Below, one piece after another: positions 49,606-59,008 of a DNA stretch of 64,000 nt. Made by a program: the position numbers and the translations under genes. Source of the DNA: Nitrososphaerota archaeon (lineage in GTDB: Archaea > Thermoproteota > Nitrososphaeria_A > Caldarchaeales > Calditenuaceae); assembly GCA_041641295.1 (NCBI GenBank), contig JBEPYO010000001.1, positions 64,001-128,000 of the forward strand. Direction: 5' to 3'. A model generated the notes under the pieces. That model was not told the origin of the DNA. It did not search any database and saw only the letters and a program-made list of their open reading frames with translations. The first letter of the stretch is position 1. Every line of letters begins with the position of its first letter.

Positions 49606-49814
49606 GTATGGTGAGGGAGGTTAGGGAGCTGAGGGAGAAGAGTGTTGATGAGCTGAGGGAGGAGCTTGAGGCTGCGCGTACAGAACTCCGTAACCTCAAA
49701 GTCAAGCTATCTATGGCGGGACAAGGAGAAAACACTTCAAACATCCGAAATCTCAAGAGGAGAATAGCGAGGATACTGACAATACTCAAGGAAAAACAGC
49801 TTGAAAAGAAGTAA
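49602..49814 (+). CDS. rpl29: 50S ribosomal protein L29
   Basis: ELREKS..EL, IRNLKRRIARILT. Confidence 0.93.
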   Translation: MSMVREVRELREKSVDELREELEAARTELRNLKVKLSMAGQGENTSNIRNLKRRIARILTILKEKQLEKK

Positions 49815-50076
49815 AAGAATAGTTTCGCTTATCGGATACCACTGCACAGTGATTAAAAAGTCTGGCAGTAGTCGTTTCGAGGGCCTTATAGTAGGGGAGA
49901 CCGCTAACACTGTTTTATTACAAACTTGGAAGGGCCTGAAGCGGATCCCTAAGAGGGAGCATCTTTTCGAGGTCGTGGTTGGGGGTGTGAAGTTTATCGC
50001 TAATGGGGAGGATCTGGTGGGAAGACCTGCACAGAATCTTAAACGGATTAGGCATAACTGGCTTAAACGCTCCTAA
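49801..50076 (+). CDS. rnp1: RNase P protein component 1 (Rpp29/POP4)
   Basis: LIG, GLIVGETANT, IPK, G..LVGRP; conserved position between L29 and S17. Confidence 0.8.
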   Translation: MKRSKRIVSLIGYHCTVIKKSGSSRFEGLIVGETANTVLLQTWKGLKRIPKREHLFEVVVGGVKFIANGEDLVGRPAQNLKRIRHNWLKRS

Positions 50077-50151
50077 CGGGGGTAGAGTCCGAGCGTTTAT
50101 CCTTATTAAAACGGATATTGTTCTGATTTGTAAAAGGCTGGCTGAGCAGAA

Positions 50152-50505
50152 ATGTCGGGGAGACAGGTTGCGAACATAGGCATCGAAGTTAAGCCCCCAC
50201 AGGGAGAGTGTGATGACGAGAACTGCCCATTTCACGGCTCACTGAGGGTACGGGGCATAATTCTCACCGGGAGGGTTCATAAAAAGCTAATGCACAAGGC
50301 TATAGTCGTGGAGAGGATCATAACTATTTACGTCAAGAAGTATAAGCGATACATGAGGAGGCGGTCAAGGATCTCGGCACACTTACCACCCTGCATTAAT
50401 GTAGAGGTAGGCGATATTGTGAGGATTGCGGAGACTAGGCCTATCTCGAAGACCATCAGTTTTGTTGTTATTGAAAACTTGGGGAGGGGTGGGGTAAGTG
50501 TCTAA
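50152..50505 (+). CDS. rps17: 30S ribosomal protein S17 (uS17)
   Basis: CDDENCPFHG, KYKRY, HLPPC, ETRPISKT. Confidence 0.96.
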   Translation: MSGRQVANIGIEVKPPQGECDDENCPFHGSLRVRGIILTGRVHKKLMHKAIVVERIITIYVKKYKRYMRRRSRISAHLPPCINVEVGDIVRIAETRPISKTISFVVIENLGRGGVSV

Positions 50506-50932
50506 GCGGTCTAGGGCTGTTGCTGAGGTAGGTGTTCTGCTTCGGAGACCAAACATACCTAGGACCATCAATAAGGGAGCTTACGTGCTGTGTGCGGATA
50601 ACACGGGGGCGCAGGTTCTCAAGGTAATTCAGGTGATTGGGCTTAAACAGAGGCTGCGAAGACAGCCAGCCGCGGGGGTAGGCGACCTAGTGGCAGTAAC
50701 TGTGAAGAAAGGGCCTATCGACTTGAGGAAGAAGGTGATGCACGCCGTCATCATTAGGCAGAAAAAGCCCTACAGGCGTCCAGACGGGACTTGGATAGCG
50801 TTCGAGGACACTGCAGCTGTCCTTGTAACGCCTGAGGGAGATGTGAAGGGGTCTGAGATTAAGGGGCCGGTTGCCCGCGAGGCGGCTGAGAGATGGTCAA
50901 AGATCGCAAATATTGCATCGATAATAGTGTGA
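50498..50932 (+). CDS. rpl14: 50S ribosomal protein L14
   Basis: CADNTGA, YRRPDG..IAFED, KGPVAREAAERW. Confidence 0.96.
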   Translation: MSKRSRAVAEVGVLLRRPNIPRTINKGAYVLCADNTGAQVLKVIQVIGLKQRLRRQPAAGVGDLVAVTVKKGPIDLRKKVMHAVIIRQKKPYRRPDGTWIAFEDTAAVLVTPEGDVKGSEIKGPVAREAAERWSKIANIASIIV

Positions 50933-50939
50933 TGGTGAG

Positions 50940-51308
50940 ATGATGAAGCAGGTATCCCAACCAAAAGATCCTTCCAAGCAAAGGCTCATGCTACATAATG
51001 CACCCAAGCATATCCTCCCCAAGCTAATGTCAGCTCACCTCTCTAAGGAATTGAGGGAAAAGTATGGGAGGCGGTCTCTCCCACTCAGGGTGGGGGATAC
51101 GGTGAAAGTGATGCGTGGTGAGTATAGTGGTGTTCAGGGAAAGGTTAAAAGAGTCAACAGAGAGAGGCAAGTGGTGTATATTGAGGGGCTTACGAGGAAG
51201 CGCGCCGATGGAAGGGTTGTCGACATACCTGTCCACGCATCAAATCTAATGATTATAGCGTTGAATCTCGACGATAAGCTTAGGAAGGAGAAGTTGGGTG
51301 AGGGGTAG
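50940..51308 (+). CDS. rpl24: 50S ribosomal protein L24 (uL24)
   Basis: LSKELREKYG, RVGDTVKVMRG KOW, PVHASNL. Confidence 0.96.
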   Translation: MMKQVSQPKDPSKQRLMLHNAPKHILPKLMSAHLSKELREKYGRRSLPLRVGDTVKVMRGEYSGVQGKVKRVNRERQVVYIEGLTRKRADGRVVDIPVHASNLMIIALNLDDKLRKEKLGEG

Positions 51309-51314
51309 GGGGGC

Positions 51315-52031
51315 ATGCATCTGAAGAGACTTGCCGCACCAAGTGTTTACAAAATTCCTAGGAAGGGATACAAGTTTGCGCCGAGACCAAAGCCTGGCAG
51401 GCATCCGTTAGAGGCGTCCATCCCGCTCGCGGTTATAGTTAGGGATTATCTGGGGGTTGCGGCAACTTATGCTGAGGCGAAGAAAATTGTCCACTTAGGC
51501 AAGGTCCTAGTTGATGGGGAGGTTATAACTGAGCCGAGGTTTGGAGTAGGCCTTATGGACGTAATATCAATTCCTTCACTTGGGAAGACATTTCGTGTCC
51601 TACCCCGATTTAAACGGGGGCTCGAACTCTTGGAGATAGGTGAGGATGAGGCGACGATTAAGCCTTGCCAGGTGAAGCGTAAACAGCATGTAAACGGTGG
51701 CTATATCCAGTTTACTCTCCACGATGGTAGGAATCTTCAGTTCCCGCCCAACAGCCCAGAGGTCAGCTCGATAAAGACTGGTGATACATTTGTGATAGAG
51801 TTGCCGAGTCAGGCTGTGAAGGGAGTTATCAAGAGGGTTGAGGGTGCATACTGCCTGATTACCTCGGGTTCTAGGATGGGGCTTCACGGGAGGCTTATCT
51901 CAATGGATGCTGAGAGAAGATATCCCGCTAAGAGGCACGCGGTCATAGAGTCTAGCATGGGCAGGATAACCACTATACTCGACTACTTCATGCCTGTTGG
52001 TGAGGATAAGCCATGGATAGCGCTATTCTAG
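51315..52031 (+). CDS. rps4e: 30S ribosomal protein S4e
   Basis: HLKRLAAP, VGLMDVI, LHDGRN. Confidence 0.96.
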   Translation: MHLKRLAAPSVYKIPRKGYKFAPRPKPGRHPLEASIPLAVIVRDYLGVAATYAEAKKIVHLGKVLVDGEVITEPRFGVGLMDVISIPSLGKTFRVLPRFKRGLELLEIGEDEATIKPCQVKRKQHVNGGYIQFTLHDGRNLQFPPNSPEVSSIKTGDTFVIELPSQAVKGVIKRVEGAYCLITSGSRMGLHGRLISMDAERRYPAKRHAVIESSMGRITTILDYFMPVGEDKPWIALF

Positions 52032-52537
52032 AGAACCCAATGCGTAGAATCAGGGTCAGCAAGGTGGTTGTCAACTCTTCCATAGGAGAGGGTGGAGTAA
52101 AGCTAGAGCGTGCGGTAAAGATACTCGAGATGTTGACCGGCCAGAAGCCTTCAGTCAGAAAGGCGAAGAAGACAATCCGCGGATTTGGTATTAGGAAGGG
52201 AGAGCCGATTGCCGCGGTAGTTACGCTGCGGGGTGTGAGGGCAGTAGAGTTTCTCAGAAAGGCCCTCGCGGCAGTAGGTAATAGACTATCCCGCGACAAT
52301 TTCGATGAATACGGAAACTTTGCTTTTGGCATAAAAGAGCACCTCGAGTTTCCAGGTACGAGGTACGATCCCGAACTGGGGATAATCGGGATGGATGTTA
52401 TAGTGCATCTGGCTAGGCCTGGGCTGAGGGTTTCAACGCGACGGATTAAACGGTCGCGGATTGGCAAATCTCACAGGCTTACACGGGAGGAAGGTATAGA
52501 GTTCGTTAGAAACGAGTTTGGAACTCAGATAGACTAA
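52013..52537 (+). CDS. rpl5: 50S ribosomal protein L5
   Basis: NPMRRIRVSKVVVN, GQKP, FGIRKG, GNFAFGIKEH. Confidence 0.96.
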   Translation: MDSAILENPMRRIRVSKVVVNSSIGEGGVKLERAVKILEMLTGQKPSVRKAKKTIRGFGIRKGEPIAAVVTLRGVRAVEFLRKALAAVGNRLSRDNFDEYGNFAFGIKEHLEFPGTRYDPELGIIGMDVIVHLARPGLRVSTRRIKRSRIGKSHRLTREEGIEFVRNEFGTQID

Positions 52538-52642
52538 GGATTCTTTATACGCTCGGAGTATCTGGGGTTAGCTTGTAGTCTCTTATCTGGACTTTTTGCC
52601 AACTGATATATACGGCGATGCATAGTGGCCTAAAGCAGACGC

Positions 52643-55237
52643 ATGGGATACTGGGCCGCCGGCACCCTGCTGGTCCTTTTTCTATGCACCATAATATGGG
52701 CTGGGCTGCCTCTTCCCAACATAGAGGCGCATCGGCTCCAGTACGACGGGGTAGGTTACAGCTCACAGCAAAGAATCGAGTTATCCGCTGAGGAAAGCAT
52801 CGAGATAATTGGGGGGTGGGGTAAATCCACCCTAACAGTCCTCATTGTCCCTAGTGTGGACGAACGTTTGACGAGTTGGGTAGGCAGGTCTGTCGACTGG
52901 TGGAAGAGAGCCAAAGAGACTTTTACAGCACTTCACGGCTATGAATTTTTGAATAGGCTTGAGTTTGTGAAGCTGGTTCGAGGCGTAAATGGCACATCGG
53001 GAGACATCGTTATAGAATACGTGGAAAGCTTGGGAGAGCGGGTATGTGGGATTACATATGTCAGCGTAGTTGATGGGGAGATTAGACAAGCATCGATCCA
53101 GCTATCGCTGGAATGTATCAGAGGTCGGGAAGAGTATGCGTTGGTAGTTGGAATGCATGAGTTCGGTCATGCACTAGGGTTAGGGCACACTAACAACTCG
53201 GCGGACTTGATGTATGATTACCTAGTCCCCGGCTCCAGACCCTCAACCCTAAACCTCTATGCCTTAGCGGTGATTTACAGATGGCTCGAGCGGGGAATTT
53301 TCAAAAGTCCCCCAGATAGTGTATCCCTTCCAGAGGGCATAGAGTATATTCAGCTACTAGACGCTAACGGAGAACCCGTCAAATTCAGGGTAAGGATATA
53401 CCTTCTGCTCGGAGACAACGAGCTCCTCTACAGGACAATATTCGTACCCGCAGGCCAGAGCTTCACCATAAACGTCAACACCATGATTCAATACGCAGAG
53501 GACGCTTGGGAGAGATACGTCTTCACCGGTTGGAGGACGAGAGGGTCGGGACAAACACTCTCTACAAGCACTTCGCTAACACTCAAGCCGACAGGCCACA
53601 CAGACTTTATCGCGGTGTACGACGTCGAGTACAGGGTGGTTGTTGAATATCTCAACAGCACTATTCTCGACGGCTGGATTAGAAGGGGTGGTAGGGTGTT
53701 AGTTAACGCAACGGAGGTGATATATCTATCTACCGATGAGAGGCTGGTCTTTGTCGGTTGGAGGGGCGCGATAAACAGCACCAGCGTAAGGCTTGAGCTT
53801 GTCGTAGAGTCGCCTATCCGCCTTTATGCGGTTTATAGAAGGGAGTTCCTCGTAGATGTTGTATCGGACTACGGGGAGCCCTCAGTCTCAGGCTGGTGGC
53901 CTGAGGGGTCGCTCCTCAACATAACCATCAACCCCAGTGTCGTATACCTCTCAGAGGATGCGAGGATGGTGCTCAGTGGGTTCAACGGCTCCCACCCCGC
54001 CCTAACCCCCCACCTCCTCATCAACCTAACCGAACCAGTACACCTCTCAGCAGTATGGAAACAGCAGTTTCTCGTGACTGTCAGTAGTCCTGGGGGAGAG
54101 ATACAGGAACACGTGTGGGCGGACAACGCATCCAAGATAACAGTCGCCGTGCCTAGAGAGATATTCTGGGATAATGGATCAAAGGCTGTCTTCGAGGGGT
54201 GGCTAAATCCAGGTCTGGCCCCAGAGCCCACGCAGAGTCTGACTATTACCGGTCCTAGAGTTTTAGCCCCTTTCTACGAGAGGTATTATCTCGTGGAATT
54301 TGTCTCCGCTTGGAAGGTTGATACGCCGACAAAGTGGTATAGGCGTGGGGAGGTCTTAGAGTTTGAGGCCCCCAACTCTGTGGAGCTGGATGAAGGATTG
54401 AGGGCAGTATTCATTGGCACCTCCGAAGGTGCTGAGAGAACTCTGAGGTTTGTGGTCAAGGGGCCCAGGGTCGTAGTGATGTATTGGAGAGAAGAGGCGA
54501 GAATAACTGTCAAGAATCCGGTGGGAGGGGTGGATAAAGTAATCTGGGCCCCCATAAACCAGGTTATCCAGCTGGATACCCCCTCCATAATACCCGTCAG
54601 CCCCGATGAGGCGCTCGAGTTCGTTAAATGGACCGGCAGCCTCGAGTCCAGAGAGAGGACCATCTCATTCATAGTTAATGGAAGCATTGAACTCAGACCC
54701 GAGTATAGGCGCGTATATCGCGTCATTTTCAACACCGTACCTCCTCTCGATGTTGAGCTACTGTTTCAGGAAGGGTCGGGCAGGCCCTACAGGGTGTGGA
54801 GCGGCGAGTCGATATGGCTGCCTGAGGGCAGCCTAGCAATTCGGGGGGTGTATTGGAAGGGCCTTGATGTTAAGAATGCCTCAGAAGTATATGTAAACGG
54901 GGCGGGCATCTACCCGGTTAGGCTCGCCGTGAGGAGCTTGAACGTTGAGGTTTTAGACATGCTCGGCATGCCCGCACCCTTCTACGAGGTCCAAGCCCTT
55001 CGCCCCGACACCATTATAGAATCCCGCGCCATTTCAGATTCTTCTGGGCTAGCTAGGCTGGACGCTGTCAGCCCATCGGTTAGCAGGGTGGAGGCTAGAT
55101 GGATGGGTTTTGAAGCCTCTGGAGAGCTGGGCTCGCAGAGAATACAGGTTAGGGTCCCCATAAGCTTCTATACCCTCCTCCTAGCATCTGCTATACTGAT
55201 CACTACGTCTGCGATACAGGCTTATAGGAGGTTCTAG
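52643..55237 (+). CDS. Membrane-anchored matrixin (M10-like) zinc metalloprotease with tandem beta-repeat stalk
   Basis: N-terminal signal/[13 protein letters not shown] + Met-turn (DLMY), about six repeats with R.VF.GW and Y/W..EY.V, C-terminal TM. Confidence 0.82.
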   Translation: MGYWAAGTLLVLFLCTIIWAGLPLPNIEAHRLQYDGVGYSSQQRIELSAEESIEIIGGWGKSTLTVLIVPSVDERLTSWVGRSVDWWKRAKETFTALHGYEFLNRLEFVKLVRGVNGTSGDIVIEYVESLGERVCGITYVSVVDGEIRQASIQLSLECIRGREEYALVVGMHEFGHALGLGHTNNSADLMYDYLVPGSRPSTLNLYALAVIYRWLERGIFKSPPDSVSLPEGIEYIQLLDANGEPVKFRVRIYLLLGDNELLYRTIFVPAGQSFTINVNTMIQYAEDAWERYVFTGWRTRGSGQTLSTSTSLTLKPTGHTDFIAVYDVEYRVVVEYLNSTILDGWIRRGGRVLVNATEVIYLSTDERLVFVGWRGAINSTSVRLELVVESPIRLYAVYRREFLVDVVSDYGEPSVSGWWPEGSLLNITINPSVVYLSEDARMVLSGFNGSHPALTPHLLINLTEPVHLSAVWKQQFLVTVSSPGGEIQEHVWADNASKITVAVPREIFWDNGSKAVFEGWLNPGLAPEPTQSLTITGPRVLAPFYERYYLVEFVSAWKVDTPTKWYRRGEVLEFEAPNSVELDEGLRAVFIGTSEGAERTLRFVVKGPRVVVMYWREEARITVKNPVGGVDKVIWAPINQVIQLDTPSIIPVSPDEALEFVKWTGSLESRERTISFIVNGSIELRPEYRRVYRVIFNTVPPLDVELLFQEGSGRPYRVWSGESIWLPEGSLAIRGVYWKGLDVKNASEVYVNGAGIYPVRLAVRSLNVEVLDMLGMPAPFYEVQALRPDTIIESRAISDSSGLARLDAVSPSVSRVEARWMGFEASGELGSQRIQVRVPISFYTLLLASAILITTSAIQAYRRF

Positions 55238-55671
55238 CGCCTCGGCTTCTTAGCCTTACCCAGAACAAGTAGTTTTAGAGGAACGCCGTTGACAGTAACG
55301 ACCTCATATCTGACACCAGGCAAGTCGCCGTAGCTCTTTCCCAAAGTCCCCCCTATCCCCTGGATAATAACCTCGTCATGCTCGTCAACTACATTAAGGG
55401 CACCGTCGCCGGGCAGGAAGGCGGTCACAACCTTACCATTCTTCGTCAGCTGCACCCGGACACACTTCCTAACTGCGCTGTTAGGCTGCCGCGACTCTAT
55501 TCCCTTCTTCTCTATTACGATTCCCTTAGCCATAGGAGCGCCCTCAAGGGGGTCGAACTTCTCCTTGAGGTTAAGCATCCTAATCTTGTACCTCCTCTGA
55601 CTCCACCTAAACCTCTTCCTAACCTTAATCAGCTGCCTAGCAGCGAACTCTCCATTCCCCATTTCTGCCAT
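55234..55671 (-). CDS. rps12: 30S ribosomal protein S12 (uS12)
   Basis: [30 protein letters not shown]. Confidence 0.97.
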   Translation of the reverse strand: MAEMGNGEFAARQLIKVRKRFRWSQRRYKIRMLNLKEKFDPLEGAPMAKGIVIEKKGIESRQPNSAVRKCVRVQLTKNGKVVTAFLPGDGALNVVDEHDEVIIQGIGGTLGKSYGDLPGVRYEVVTVNGVPLKLLVLGKAKKPRR

Positions 55672-55766
55672 AGATTATTGAGGGTTGAATTATTTAACCT
55701 CCATCTCTACACGTCACATAGCCTAGCCTCTTACCGAAAGAGGTCCCGGGTGAGAGGGGGAGCGTG

Positions 55767-55887
55767 TCCCGGCGGCAGGATTTGAACCTGCGGCCCTCCG
55801 GTTTCTGTTAGCCCGGTAGGCTGGCAAAGGCGCGGCAGGATGCCGGCCTCTACAGCCGGATGCTCTACCAGGCTGAGCTACGCCGGG
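55767..55887 (-). tRNA. tRNA-Tyr(GTA) with 47-nt intron at 37/38 (55803-55849)
   Basis: C1-G72 acceptor CCCGGCG/CGCCGGG, TCCGG/CCGGA anticodon stem, CTGT/ACAG BHB central helix, GTTCAAATC. Confidence 0.93.
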
Positions 55888-55943
55888 TTCTCACTAAATC
55901 CCCTGGAGTCCCCGTATTAAAGCCTAATCCTCTCTGAAACAAG

Positions 55944-56522
55944 TTATCCGAGAGCCTCCCTAGCGCCTGATAAGATATACTCGATGGCGATGGCAGCCAA
56001 GAGTATGGCCATTACGCGTGCAACGACATCAGCGCCCACTTCACCTAAAAGGCGATGAAGAGTTTCAAGTTTCCTGAGAATGACCCAGCTGAATAGCATC
56101 ACTATTAGCACAGAAACTATTGCCACGAGCTGGCCGGATGTGTTTATGGTAATCATGGTCGTGGTTATTGCGCCCGGCCCTACCAGTAGTGGAAAGCCTA
56201 TAGGGAAGACACCCACATCCCCGGTCTTTGCCAAAAGTTTCTCACCCCCATAGACGAGGATTTGAAGAGATAAGAAGAGGAAAAGGATACCTCCTGCAAT
56301 CTTGAAGCTGTAAAGTGAGACGTTAAAGAGTGAAAGAATCTGGTGACCCGCAAATGCGAAGAGGAGTAAGAGGGCAGAACCCACAAGGGTCGCAAGGTTG
56401 GAGACCTTTTTACGACCGTCGGAGCTGAGACCATGGGTGAGCTTGACGAGTATCGGAATATTCCCGATTGGGTCCACGACCACGAAAAGGACAATAGTGC
56501 TCTTCAGAACCTCTTCTATCAC
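55944..56522 (-). CDS. MarC family integral membrane protein
   Basis: LFVVVDPIGNIP, FKIAGG, PIGFPLLVGPGAI. Confidence 0.92.
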   Translation of the reverse strand: MIEEVLKSTIVLFVVVDPIGNIPILVKLTHGLSSDGRKKVSNLATLVGSALLLLFAFAGHQILSLFNVSLYSFKIAGGILFLFLSLQILVYGGEKLLAKTGDVGVFPIGFPLLVGPGAITTTMITINTSGQLVAIVSVLIVMLFSWVILRKLETLHRLLGEVGADVVARVMAILLAAIAIEYILSGAREALG

Positions 56523-56599
56523 GACATAGCAATTGCCAGGCTTACTATGTAACCCTTAATTTGATGGCTAAATAGAGGAGTATGAGGGTAACAGTTGCT

Positions 56600-56673
56600 G
56601 CCCCGGTAGCTCAGCCCGGTAGAGCGGCCGCCTTGTAAGCGGCAGGTCGCGGGTTCAAACCCCGCCCGGGGCT
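56600..56673 (+). tRNA. tRNA-Thr(TGT), intronless
   Basis: GCCCCGG/CCGGGGC acceptor, GCCGC-CTTGTAA-GCGGC anticodon arm, GTTCAAACC. Confidence 0.95.
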
Positions 56674-56765
56674 AAACTTCCACAAGTTTTCCATACTTCT
56701 GGACTGCCCTTATCCCGCGTTACTGTTTAAATCCTCTCAAATGTGCTTGATACACTGAGGGTTAG

Positions 56766-57731
56766 ATGCCAATACTTGTTACCGGTGCATGTGGCTTCAT
56801 CGGTGCGTGGACTGTGAGGAGGCTTTTAGAGCTGGGGGAGAAGGTGGTTCTGACCGATGTTTCAGGCGACTTATCGAGGCTCAGATATGTTGTTGATGGG
56901 GCTGATAGGCTTCCATTTGTTAGGGGGGATATTGTTGAGGAGGGCTTCATAGATAACATAGTTAGGAACTATGGTGTCGATGCAATAATACACCTAGCCG
57001 CTTTCCAGATACCGCAGTGCAGGGCGGATCCTGTGAAGGGCGCGCTCGTGAATGTGATAGGTACTTTGAGGGTCTTTGAAGCGGCTAAAAAGAATCGAGA
57101 CAAAGTTAGGCGTGTCGTCTATGCGAGCTCGGCCGCCGTTTTCGGGCCTCCAGAACTCTATGGTGAGGGGCCAGTGGCGGTAAACGCCCCTCTAAAACCG
57201 ACAACCCATTACGGCGCCTATAAAGTCTGCAATGAGCTGACCGCAAACGCCTACTGGCATGAGTCCGGCATCCCTAGTGTCGGTCTCAGGCCCCAGGTGG
57301 TCTACGGTTATGGACGTGATGTGGGGGTGACCTCCGATGCCTCGCGCGCGATAAAGGCAGCCATAGCCCGTAGGCCCTACAAGATAAGGTTTGGCGGCTT
57401 GATAGATATGCAGTATGTAGAGGATGTTGCGCACCTGTTTGCTGTCTCTGCAATTAAGGACTTGGATGGAGCCCGAGTCTATAACGTGAGAGGGGATGTA
57501 ATCAGCGTAGCTGAGCTCGTGAAACTCATAGAGGAGGCCACTGGTGCAAAAGGACTCATAACGTTTGAGGATAAACCGCTACCAATACCCGCCTACTTAG
57601 ACGACTCTGAGACAGAGAGAGACCTAGGCCCCCTCAAGAAGACTTCTGCCCGAGAAGGAGTGGCGAAGACAGCGGAGTTTTTCCTCGGGCTCCTAAAGCG
57701 CGGCGAGCTTGATCTCAGCGACCTCACCTGA
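56766..57731 (+). CDS. NAD-dependent epimerase/dehydratase
   Basis: TGACGFIG, HLAA, YGAYK. Confidence 0.9.
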   Translation: MPILVTGACGFIGAWTVRRLLELGEKVVLTDVSGDLSRLRYVVDGADRLPFVRGDIVEEGFIDNIVRNYGVDAIIHLAAFQIPQCRADPVKGALVNVIGTLRVFEAAKKNRDKVRRVVYASSAAVFGPPELYGEGPVAVNAPLKPTTHYGAYKVCNELTANAYWHESGIPSVGLRPQVVYGYGRDVGVTSDASRAIKAAIARRPYKIRFGGLIDMQYVEDVAHLFAVSAIKDLDGARVYNVRGDVISVAELVKLIEEATGAKGLITFEDKPLPIPAYLDDSETERDLGPLKKTSAREGVAKTAEFFLGLLKRGELDLSDLT

Positions 57732-57770
57732 GAAGGGCGAGATTTTTATGATAATGTTTTGATAGTAGGG

Positions 57771-57826
57771 GTGATGAGCCTGAACTGGCCTGACGATCCT
57801 GTATTGATGATTCCGGGACCGTCTGA
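57771..57826 (+). ncRNA. Candidate C/D box sRNA overlapping the aminotransferase 5' end
   Basis: C GTGATGA (57771), 12-nt guide, D' CTGA (57790), C' TGATGA (57805), 12-nt guide, D CTGA (57823). Confidence 0.55.
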
Positions 57827-58976
57827 GCTGCATCCGAGGGTTAGGCAGGTCTTGACGGGCAGGTTCTATCCGCACTACGGCTCCGAGTGGGGTGAGATAT
57901 ACTGGGGGGTCGAGGAGGCTGTCCGGAAGATCTTCAGGACAAAAAACGAGGTTATAGTGATGCCTGGACCGGGGTGTCTCGGCCTGGAGCTGGGGATTGT
58001 TAACGTGGCTAACCGTGGAGAGAAGGTGGTCGCACTGACTAACGGATTCTTCGGGGATAGGTTTGCAGAAATAGCTAGTTACTGTGCGGCTGAGGTTGTG
58101 ACACTCAGCTCACCCCCCGGGTACGTAGTCTCCACCGAGGCCCTCAAGGAGTGTCTGGACAAACACCCCGATGCTGTCGCACTGATAGTCGTGCAGAACG
58201 AGTCTGCCACAGGTATACTCAACCCGATACGGCAGTATGTTGAGATAGCTAAGAAGCGCGGTCTTTTCACCGTCGTCGACTCCATCTCATCCTTTGGGGG
58301 AGCCGAGCTTGATGTTGATGGCTGGGGTATTGACGTGTGCGTTGGGTATCCAAACAAGTGTTTAAGCGGGATTCCGGGAGCCCTTCCAGTCTCGATAAGC
58401 AACGAGGTATGGGAGAGGGTGGAGAGGGGGCTTGTAAATCCTGCAACTTGGATGACAAATCTCCGGGTTTGGAGATGGTATAGGAAGAACTGGGCCGATC
58501 ATGGCCACCCTTACCCGACAACAATCAACACGTATGCTTATTTGGCCTTGAAGGTGGCGGCGGAGGTGGCGTTGGAGGAGGGGTTGGAAAAGAGGTACGA
58601 GCGACATCGAAGGGTGGCAGCGGCCTTCAGGGCCGCGGTTAAGGCCATGGGGCTGGGGCTGGTTAGCAGGAATGAGGAGTATGCCTCGCCCACCATCACA
58701 GCGATAGAGCTGCCTCCCGACCTGCGGGGCAAGATTGACCAAATAGTGGGTAAGATGCTACGCGACCACAGAATCATGATAAGTAAAGGGATAGCAGCCA
58801 CAGAAGAAACTGCCATAAGAGTGGGCCATATGGGCTACACAGCTAGCCCACGCTTTCTCACCCCAACACTCGCCGCACTATCTGAGACTATAAGATCACT
58901 GGGATATCAAACATGCTCGACAGGAGATGCAATAGACGCTTTTTACAAAGGCCTGGGAAAATCGCAGGCTGGGTAA
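57774..58976 (+). CDS. Class V PLP aminotransferase (alanine-glyoxylate/serine-pyruvate type)
   Basis: LMIPGP, QNESATG, VDSISSFGG, PNKCLSGIPG, RVGHMG. Confidence 0.9.
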   Translation: MSLNWPDDPVLMIPGPSELHPRVRQVLTGRFYPHYGSEWGEIYWGVEEAVRKIFRTKNEVIVMPGPGCLGLELGIVNVANRGEKVVALTNGFFGDRFAEIASYCAAEVVTLSSPPGYVVSTEALKECLDKHPDAVALIVVQNESATGILNPIRQYVEIAKKRGLFTVVDSISSFGGAELDVDGWGIDVCVGYPNKCLSGIPGALPVSISNEVWERVERGLVNPATWMTNLRVWRWYRKNWADHGHPYPTTINTYAYLALKVAAEVALEEGLEKRYERHRRVAAAFRAAVKAMGLGLVSRNEEYASPTITAIELPPDLRGKIDQIVGKMLRDHRIMISKGIAATEETAIRVGHMGYTASPRFLTPTLAALSETIRSLGYQTCSTGDAIDAFYKGLGKSQAG

Positions 58977-59008
58977 AAAATATAGCCATCGCACGCATAG
59001 ATTTTTTT

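Noticed and set aside
31805-56673. tRNA-anchored integrated element
   Set aside because: No integrase and no duplicated tRNA 3' end noticed; the intervening genes are core housekeeping.
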